Below, piece after piece: positions 55,888 through 64,000 of a stretch of 64,000 bases of DNA (the first letter of the stretch is position 1; each line of letters starts with the position of its first letter). The stretch is taken from positions 3,782,001 through 3,846,000 of the forward strand of contig OZ361259.1 of assembly GCA_977018835.1 (NCBI GenBank). Reading direction: 5' to 3'. Made by a program: the position numbers and the translations under genes. The DNA is from Minutocellus sp. GHC0000111. Lineage: Eukaryota. The notes beneath the pieces were generated by a model. That model saw nothing but the letters and a program-made list of their open reading frames with translations. It made no database searches and had not been told where the DNA came from.

Positions 55888-57045
55888 TTACTCGTCGTTT
55901 CTTTCTTCCAACTCGGGATCGATTTCTTCTGCCCCGAGTTCTCTCAGTCTGACTGTCACTGGGTGATCTGGACCATGGGTCGCCTGTGCTAACCAGAGAG
56001 GTGAAAATCCCCTACCCCCTTGTGTCCTTACATTGATATCCACACCTTGATCAATCAAAAATTCGACAATATCCAGATCGCCAAGCCGAATTCCCTCGTG
56101 AAGCGGCGACCAACCATTCCTATCCTGCGAATGAAGTTTTTGCGCACCTTCATCAGTCCGAGCTAGCACTCGCAGGGCCTGTAGGCTGCCCGTCTTGGCT
56201 GCAATATGTGCATCATTAGCGCCGTCATTCTGCGGGTATATTTCCCTTTCTTCTTCTGCTGTCGGCGATGGCGGTGGTGGAGGCAAACCGACGTCTTCGT
56301 CGCTGTCATCCGCAATGTAGTCGTCGACGATGACATAATCTGCCGCCCCTCCCGCCGGTCCACCGAGCAGATCCACCAAAAAGCGAGGCGTGGTAAGAAT
56401 CCTTCTATTGAGGACAGTGGGGACGACCTCCACAAGATAATAGTACAAATGACCAACCACAATCCCATGGATCAACTCGTTCAATCGATTGCCCAGCGCC
56501 AAACTAAACCCAATATAGGCAAATGGCAAGTAACGTCCTTGCACCGGGATGAAATTCAGGTTGATTCTTGCATTTGGATTCCGCCGACTCCAGAGGTACA
56601 AAATTGCATAAACGAGGGTTCTTGTGAACAATGGGTACAGCACCACCGGATATGTAAACCGATCGGGCAATATCATCGGGCCATATTCGTTGATGATTGG
56701 GAAGGAAATGAGGATCGTCACTATGCAAAAAAGGAAGGCAAATGCCGCGTCGGCGCTTCGACCACCGCCTGTGGCGAATGGATTTAACTCGTAAGTCTTG
56801 GAATGGTTGTGGATTAGATACAGCAAGATCAGGGCATGGAATTCGTTGAGACGCCCGCCGCAATAACAAAACGACGTTGCAATCCGCCACAGCTCGAGGT
56901 CGTGCCGAATCAGATGCCAATCAAAGAGCAATTTATGTGCCGGGACGAAATCAAGAGTTACTGCCGCGGTGATACCTGTGGCGGCACCAAGCCAGGTCCT
57001 CGTCAGCGGCGGCAATTGGGTGAACCACGCCACGGGGTCGTCCAT
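55888..57045 (-). CDS. Derlin (Der1-like) protein with C-terminal ankyrin repeats
   Basis: Derlin motifs LPPLTRTW, ELWR, YLWSRRNP, YLPF and GIVVGHLYYYL. ANK repeats (DRNGWSPLHEG…VEFLIDQGVDIN). Confidence 0.88.
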   Translation of the reverse strand: MDDPVAWFTQLPPLTRTWLGAATGITAAVTLDFVPAHKLLFDWHLIRHDLELWRIATSFCYCGGRLNEFHALILLYLIHNHSKTYELNPFATGGGRSADAAFAFLFCIVTILISFPIINEYGPMILPDRFTYPVVLYPLFTRTLVYAILYLWSRRNPNARINLNFIPVQGRYLPFAYIGFSLALGNRLNELIHGIVVGHLYYYLVEVVPTVLNRRILTTPRFLVDLLGGPAGGAADYVIVDDYIADDSDEDVGLPPPPPSPTAEEEREIYPQNDGANDAHIAAKTGSLQALRVLARTDEGAQKLHSQDRNGWSPLHEGIRLGDLDIVEFLIDQGVDINVRTQGGRGFSPLWLAQATHGPDHPVTVRLRELGAEEIDPELEERNDE

Positions 57046-57440
57046 GTTGCGATTACGCTGTGCTGAATTACAGAATGGGCTGCAAAACGTTTTAGTTTAC
57101 GTGGGAGTCTATCAATGCCTCGGTTAGAGGTATCGGCCATACTAGAAGTATCGGCAAGCAGAATGCTGTTCCGGCTGTTCTTGAGTTGGTGTGATGAATC
57201 GAATGAATCGCACGCATTATTACTTTTTCTTATTTAATGTTTCAAAGAGCTCGCAAAAGCAATAGGTGTTTGCTCTGTTATCGTACAAGTAAGTGTAGGT
57301 GGTGCTCGAGGTCTCTTGATAATAAAATCATTTCTTCTGGCCATCCTGCCAGCCGTCCAGTGCTTTCTCGGCCGCGAAGAGATGCAGTGAAGCTACGTAG
57401 AAAGTTCTACTCAATGGTGATTCAATGACATTGACCCATA

Positions 57441-60323
57441 ATGCGCGCCATATCACTTCTCTACTTCCCACTCCAACTGGTGTCTTCATTTCTGCCGCCA
57501 TCAACACAACCATCACTGCATGTGTTACAAAGGCCCGGCTCGCCGGCGTCCAGATCAATCCCATCGACCTCTCATGGCGTCGTCTTTACACGCCTATCGG
57601 AGGATTGCGTACAGGCACTCGATATTGCTCAAGAGCAGGCCGCTCTACTGAATCAAAAGGAGGTCGATGATACCTTCATGCTTCTGGGCATTACAGAAAG
57701 GCCGGGCAAAGCTAAATCTACTTTTGACAAGTACGGCATTACGTGGAGTTCGGTGAGACGAGTGTTGAACTATTTGACGCCCGAAAAGACGGAGGATGAA
57801 GATGGCAATGGCCGAAGCAAGCGTTCCGCGGGTTCGGCACCCAGATTAAAGGATTTTGCCGCCAAAAGTAGCAGCGGCAGCCTCCCATACAGCAAATCTC
57901 TGCAATCCACGTTGTTCGGGGCGGGTGAGATTGCTCAGCTGATGGGTTCTTCATCGATATTGCCGGAGCATGTATTTCTGGCTCTTTTAGATTACAAGGA
58001 AATTGAAGAGACGGGTGAGGCACAAGCTGCGTCTAGAGATGACGATTGCGAAGCCATGGAAATTCTATGGCATCTCGATGCAACTTTGGAGGGTGAGGAT
58101 ATATGTTTTGATCTGCTCACGACGTTGATGGAGTCACCGCCGTCGGAGCTGGAACAAAAAGAAGAGGCTGGTGATGTCAAATCAAACACGGCTTCGAATA
58201 CTGGTAGCGCCATAGTACAGGGAACTGACAGTGGAAAAACCAGTACTCCAACACTACTCACAGACTGCAGTGTTGATCTAACAGAACAAGCAAAGGAGGG
58301 TGAGCTAGACGTAGTCTACGGCCGTGATGAAGAGATCGCCACAGTAATGAGAATTCTATTAAGGAGGCGAAAGAACAGTCCAGTGCTGATTGGCGAAAGT
58401 GGAGTTGGGAAAACTTCAATAATCGAGGGGCTTGCGCAACTTTTAGTGAGTGACAAATGTCCGGCGCTTCTCAAGGGTCATAGCATAATATCACTTGAAG
58501 TGTCTTCCTTGGTGGCTGGAACGCAATTCAGGGGCGAGTTTGAAGCTCGCTTTAGATCCCTGATGAAGGAATTGACCGATGACCCGACTCCTACCATATT
58601 ATTTCTAGACGAAATGCACAGTCTTGTGGGAGCAGGGTCTACAGAGGGTGGTTCCATTGACGCTGCCTCCCTGCTGAAACCATATCTCGCAAGAGGCAAA
58701 CTCAAGGTGATGGGAGCGACGACAATATCAGAGTATCAACGATGCATCGCCTCGGATCCAGCATTTGAGAGGCGATTACAGCCTGTTCGTATTGATGAAC
58801 CTACCGTTGAGCAAACGATTGGAATTTTGGGGGCACTGCAAAGCAGAATGGAATCACACCATCGTGTAGAATACAGTAAAACGGCTGTCGAGGCAGCAGT
58901 CAAGTTATCCGATCGATACATTGCTGATAGATTCTTGCCAGACAAGGCCATCGATGTACTGGATGAAGCTGGTGCAACTGCTACACTAGAGCGCAAACCT
59001 AACGAGGCTCCACCGGTAGTGACAGAGGAAGTAATCGCAAGGGTAATTAGCAAATTGACAAATGTACCGATTGGAAACCTCGAGATGGATGAGATGGATC
59101 GTTTGAATGCACTCGAAGAGACATTGAACCAGCATATCAAAGGTCAAGATCGAGCAATTAATGCTGTCGCGAAAGCTATCCGACGTTCAAGATCTGGAAT
59201 CCGTAATCCAAACAGACCAGTTGCATGTCTGTTGTTTTGTGGGCCTACCGGTGAGCATTCGTTTCCCGCTGGCTAATTGTCCCTTCTCTCTTCATTAATT
59301 GTCTCTTACTAAATTTTTTTACCTCTCTCCTTCTCCCACACTTATTTAGGGACTGGAAAGACTGCACTCTGCAAAGCCCTTGCCACCTCGTACTACGGCT
59401 CGTCGTCAGATCTAATTCGCCTTGATATGTCCGAATTCATCGATCAACAATCAGTGAGTCGACTAATTGGGCCACCCCCAGGTATCAAAGGTTATGAAAA
59501 TGGGGGGCACCTTACCAATGCTGTGCGTACCCGGCCATGGTCCATCGTCCTGCTAGATGAGCTAGAAAAGGCACACGAAGACATCCTAAACACATTGCTA
59601 CAGGTGATGGAAGACGGTCGCTTGACAGATGGCATGGGGAGAACCGTTTCATTTAAACACGTTGTGTTGATAGCTACGAGCAACATTGGCAGCTCTAGGA
59701 TAGTCGATTTAGCTCGAACAAAATCTGAAGAACAAAACTCGGAACAATCTGTGTTCTCGAAGCTCGCAGGCGCTGTGAGAGCCGACCTCCAGCATGCACT
59801 CCGCCCGGAATTCCTAAATAGATTCGATGACATTGTTATTTTTGAGCCACTACGTGAGCAGCAATTGGAGCTCATATGCTTGATGAACGTGGTCGATGTC
59901 ACCTCGCGTGCTCGAGTTGAAAAGAACATTGAGGCGAGTGTATCACCGGCTTTATTACAAAAAATGACCGCGGCTGGATCGAGGTTAGCAGATCGATTTG
60001 GGGCTCGGCCAATGCGACGATCCGTCCAGAAATATTTTGAAGACTGCCTAAGCGATGCGATTGTGCAAGGATTTGTTGGCGATGGCGACAGCGTGTCCTT
60101 CGATCTTGGCTATTCAATAGACGGCGAGGAAGCAGAAGCAGTGGTTGTAGCCAGACGATCAAGCGACGACGAAGAACTGAGGATAACTATTCAAGAGTCC
60201 GCCGCCGACATTGGTGAAATATCTGATGAAGTCAATGAGAAAAATGCAGGGGGCGACGAAGACGACAAGCAAATCAATGGAAATATGAAAACACACAAAG
60301 TCGTAATGGGTGACGAAGACTAA
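57441..60323 (+). CDS. Plastid-targeted Clp/Hsp100 ATPase (ClpA/C-type); intron 59251-59349
   Basis: Clp N-repeats, Walker A GESGVGKT and spliced GPTG|TGKT, plus FLDEMH, RFLPDKAID, LLDELEKAH and FGARP. Signal peptide ending VSS-F. Confidence 0.92.
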
Positions 60324-60372
60324 TCCTATGTATCTATCTATCTAATGTCTAGCTAGCGATTACATGCGTCTA

Positions 60373-63300
60373 TTAGTAGTCACTTCCAAGCCTGGAGAGC
60401 AATATGTCCTCGCAGAGATTGCAAGTCATCATGCTATCTGTATTTCTGCAAAAGGCGGGCAGCTCCGATGCATCGAGATTAGCGGATGAACAGCTTCGGC
60501 ATACTAAAGATGAGCAATGGCCGCAATAGTACTTTTTGCCGAACGACCCAAAGGAGTTCATACATCGCATGCAGGTAGGGCGTACCGAGGGCGAGAGCTG
60601 CTTGGTGGAAATCGCTGAGAGTATGCGCCGGAGATCACCTTGGTTGGTTATCATGTCGGTACAAAACACATCGGGCAAGCCCGTCTCGGCCCAAAATACC
60701 TTCCATGACGCCGGCTTTCTCCATGGTAGGTGAAGCTGCCCTCCCGCTTGTAGCAATTGAATTGCTCCGTCGTAATCTTTGTGGTAGATGCAGAGATGAA
60801 GGGGCGTGCAGCCGCTGAGAGAGGGGAGATTCGGGTCAGCGCCGTAGGATAGGAAATTATCAATCAGTTGGCGGTACATTGTCTTTCGATTCCTTCTTAG
60901 GCCACCATTGTGACAAATGAGATGCATCGGACTTTGGCCTCTCTCATTTATGATGTTGGGATCACTACCTTGACCAAGAAATAAGTTCATCAATTCCCCG
61001 GCGCACTCGTTATCGAGGACGGCGGCCAGATGGAGGGGCGTATTTCCATCTTTGTCTTGATAGTTGATGTCTGCTTCAGCCGGATCTGTCGCCATGCAGA
61101 GCATTTGAGCGATTTCTCCGCTTGGAGATGCCGAAGATGATGGCGATGACTCGTATGGGATCTCAGAGTACGGGCCGTCGAAGTGCGTGGCCAAATGAAG
61201 AGGTGTGAACCAACGTACAGCATCGGCCACACTGACATCGGCCCGGTGAGCAAGTAGAAGACGGACCGATTCCACATCCTTTCTACGAACTGCGAGATGA
61301 ATAGCACACAAACCATTGGCATTTGGGATGTTGGGATTGGCGCCGCCCGCGACAAGAAGTGTCTCGATCATATCTGAGGACTGCGCCAAATGCAACGGCG
61401 TGTTCTCGCCAGCTTCATCCTGTAGATTGGGCACCGCAAAATGTTCGAGTAGAATCGAGGTCATTTCGATATCCGCATTGAGAACGGCCAAGTGCAACGG
61501 GGTCCTACCATGATGCCCACCTTCGTTGATGTAGGCATAAATGTCATCGCAAGAGTTGATGAAATCGACGAGGGCGCCTGGATCTCCTGAGCGTATCAGT
61601 TCGTGGAGGGGCGTTTCCTCGATGTCATTGTTGTACGAGCTATTCAACGTATTCGGTTGCCGATATGCTGCGATTTCCCTGGAACCAGCTCTCTGTAAGG
61701 AAAACTTGCGAGGACTATCACTGAATTGGCTTTGGTTTGCATCGTTGCTGTCGCTACCGGGGCCACCGGGCGAAGTGCCTTGTCTGCCCATGAAAAGATC
61801 TACTCGATTCATTGAGCGGTCCCTTTTCGAAGAATTTTGGGGTGATCCAAAGAAACCAGTAGAATGCGGTGTACTACTGGCTGTGCTCTCAGCCTCGGTG
61901 GCTGCAGGTGTATCAGGTGCGGATGATCCATTCTCTTCTGAGGCACCACCACGATTTTTGTTTCTCGCAAAAAAAATCTTGATCGGCGGAGCCTCTTCTT
62001 TCTCTTCTCGGATGGAGTCTAGTTCTTGTCGTAGCCTCTCCATTTCCATGTCTTTAGCAGTGCAGGCATCAGCCAGGGCACGGATTTCTGCTTCTTGGGC
62101 GGTTGGTGTCTTGGGAAAGTCACGATAAATGATGGAGGACACCTGTGAACTTGCGACGCTCGATTGTGCGCCATGGTCCACACTGTTGGAGTCAGAAGCT
62201 TGTAACATCGCCCTTTGTTCGTCCTCCTCGCGATTCCTTCGGCGGAGATTTTCTAGCTCCTGTTTGGCTCGTAGTGCTTCTCGCCGCAATTGATCTCGTT
62301 CCCTGGCGACATTGTTGAGATTTCTTGCCTCCGATTTGAGATGTTTCAGTACGGCGCGGGCTCTTCGGGCCCTGAAGAGCTGTTGGATGTTGATGACAAG
62401 ACGGACTGTAGCTCGGAATCGTCGATAAGGCACTGTCATTCGCCAAAACGATTGAAGGACAACGGCCTTGCAGTCTTGGCTGAGTACTGCAAATGATTCC
62501 CTCGCCATTCTGCCCCTGAATTGGCGCTGTAGCCAGAGAGCAATGAAACGAGTGTTGGTATAGTCGTCGTATGCTATGAATCGTCGCCAGGCAGCTTGAA
62601 TGACCGTAGCGCGATAGAAGTATCGCACTGTATCAACAAATCTCCTTGCCCTGTATCCTCGGAAGACAGTTTGGATCATGATTGCAGATTCGAGAATAAA
62701 CATGTAGGAGTCCAAACAGTAGTACATTCGAACAACCGACTGGATTTTGGTTGCTGCGGCAGCAAGCTTTTCCGCTCGAAGCTGCTCGAGGGCCTCGAAC
62801 GCTTGTTGTCGAAGAAATACCTTTGTCTTTCCGATTTGAACTCCGACCGAAATAAGGTCATGAACAAACTCCTCGCTCGAATCGGTTGGGGATTGGCGAC
62901 CGTGCTGATAATTCCATATTTGTGGAACAAGAACATCGACAAGGACATGACAAATATCATGTCGCCGGTGGCGCCTCGCCGCGTCAAAGGCGTGTCCACC
63001 AAGGACACCATATCGTTGGGCGAAGAGTGAATGTGGATACCTTTGTGGGAAGCCTACGCGTGATACACGGACAGCTTCCAAAACACCAGCGCATCGGAGT
63101 TGGTCGGCGATGATGCCGGGGACAAAATTATCGGGCACGAGCTCATCATTTGGCTTGAGGCAACGGACGTAATGCGGCGCAGTTTTGTCGATGCGTTCTC
63201 TTAGCTGCCGCAGCTGAGAGCCAAATTGACTTCCAACGCTTGCTCGGGATAAGGAGCTTCCCGAACGTTTCAACGGACTGCCTGTGCCACCCGCACGAGG

Positions 63301-64000
63301 CGAAGATGCTGCGGACGGCGACAAGGAAGCCGACAGCATCCCACCGAGTTCTTGCAACAGCGGCTTGGACGATGAAAGTAAGAGGTCAGTGGTCTCTTTG
63401 GGAAGCTCATCTTTGTTCTTGGCAATGAATGACTCTGAATTGTACTCGACAGGTCCTGCGTAGTGTTGAATCGAGAAACAACCAACAGCCTTGGACCTAT
63501 CCGAACCGATGAAACGAGGATGGTCTGCACATATCTCGTATGTCTTTGCGACAAATGTTTGGTCCGTGCATTTCGTTAGACGACATTGCTCGTCCAAAAT
63601 CGAAATGATGCCCGTGCGTTTCTTTTCAATGAGATCGAGCACTCCTTGATTATCCGGAAATTCGATGAAGGACCACTCTATACCTTCTCTCTCATATTCC
63701 TGCTGCTCGAGCTTGAAGACATATCTGTTGAATTGGCTTTGAAGGGTCTCGTTGCAGTAGTTAATGCAGAGCTGTTCGAAGGAGTTTACCTTGAAGGATT
63801 CAAAGCCAAAGATATCCAAAATGCGGATAGCTGATGAGGAAGAAGATGTGGTGCCGTCGGTCGATTCAAACATGATGGAACTATTGACCTGCTCAACGAT
63901 GTATCGAAAGAGTGCACCGTATGTTGCCATCATAAACGCTTCCAGGGCCTTGGTGGCCTGGTCACGCGATAGAACCTTCCGAAGAACTTCGCCTGCGACC
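60373..64000 (-). CDS. Myosin heavy chain with IQ motifs, coiled coil, ankyrin repeats and a FYVE-like finger; 5' end outside window
   Basis: Motor motifs LDIFGFE, NSFEQLCINY, PHYVRCLKPN, QLRCAGVLE and GKTKVF. Followed by IQ motifs, ANK repeats and a C-terminal 8-Cys finger. Confidence 0.95.
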   Translation of the reverse strand, partial: VAGEVLRKVLSRDQATKALEAFMMATYGALFRYIVEQVNSSIMFESTDGTTSSSSSAIRILDIFGFESFKVNSFEQLCINYCNETLQSQFNRYVFKLEQQEYEREGIEWSFIEFPDNQGVLDLIEKKRTGIISILDEQCRLTKCTDQTFVAKTYEICADHPRFIGSDRSKAVGCFSIQHYAGPVEYNSESFIAKNKDELPKETTDLLLSSSKPLLQELGGMLSASLSPSAASSPRAGGTGSPLKRSGSSLSRASVGSQFGSQLRQLRERIDKTAPHYVRCLKPNDELVPDNFVPGIIADQLRCAGVLEAVRVSRVGFPQRYPHSLFAQRYGVLGGHAFDAARRHRRHDICHVLVDVLVPQIWNYQHGRQSPTDSSEEFVHDLISVGVQIGKTKVFLRQQAFEALEQLRAEKLAAAATKIQSVVRMYYCLDSYMFILESAIMIQTVFRGYRARRFVDTVRYFYRATVIQAAWRRFIAYDDYTNTRFIALWLQRQFRGRMARESFAVLSQDCKAVVLQSFWRMTVPYRRFRATVRLVINIQQLFRARRARAVLKHLKSEARNLNNVARERDQLRREALRAKQELENLRRRNREEDEQRAMLQASDSNSVDHGAQSSVASSQVSSIIYRDFPKTPTAQEAEIRALADACTAKDMEMERLRQELDSIREEKEEAPPIKIFFARNKNRGGASEENGSSAPDTPAATEAESTASSTPHSTGFFGSPQNSSKRDRSMNRVDLFMGRQGTSPGGPGSDSNDANQSQFSDSPRKFSLQRAGSREIAAYRQPNTLNSSYNNDIEETPLHELIRSGDPGALVDFINSCDDIYAYINEGGHHGRTPLHLAVLNADIEMTSILLEHFAVPNLQDEAGENTPLHLAQSSDMIETLLVAGGANPNIPNANGLCAIHLAVRRKDVESVRLLLAHRADVSVADAVRWFTPLHLATHFDGPYSEIPYESSPSSSASPSGEIAQMLCMATDPAEADINYQDKDGNTPLHLAAVLDNECAGELMNLFLGQGSDPNIINERGQSPMHLICHNGGLRRNRKTMYRQLIDNFLSYGADPNLPSLSGCTPLHLCIYHKDYDGAIQLLQAGGQLHLPWRKPASWKVFWAETGLPDVFCTDMITNQGDLRRILSAISTKQLSPSVRPTCMRCMNSFGSFGKKYYCGHCSSLVCRSCSSANLDASELPAFCRNTDSMMTCNLCEDILLSRLGSDY

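Overview
Eukaryotic, gene-dense DNA, most consistent with a diatom nuclear genome: short GT-AG introns, bipartite plastid-targeting 'signal peptide + F' N-termini, expanded helicase-associated (HA) domains and diatom-type Gypsy/Copia elements. Two blocks of ordinary host genes flank an accessory island of about 31.7 kb (about 20.1-51.8 kb). The left block (1-20.1 kb) holds an LRR protein, mitochondrial Rieske protein, MsrB-like gene, ASPM, a transmembrane FG-nucleoporin, bL28m and TauE/SafE. The right block (51.9-64 kb) holds DUF1499, HPPD, a Derlin-ankyrin protein, a Clp ATPase and an ankyrin/FYVE myosin. The island contains a disrupted TM-repeat-USP-HA multidomain gene, a RanBP2 zinc-finger ORF, a 200-N gap, a young Gypsy element nested in a decayed Copia, further mutated repeats, a ~1,700-aa DGQHR-motif gene and a putative TA-flanked TIR element. 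Four observations stand out: (1) a TpA->TpG/CpA mutation signature in repeats; (2) an intron that is an ~89% copy of a neighbouring gene's coding sequence; (3) an 18-bp palindrome recurring in all three predicted introns and upstream of the DGQHR gene; (4) arrays of TA plus short spacers that resemble stacked Tc1/mariner footprints. All gene models, counts and identities were made by eye and need computational confirmation.
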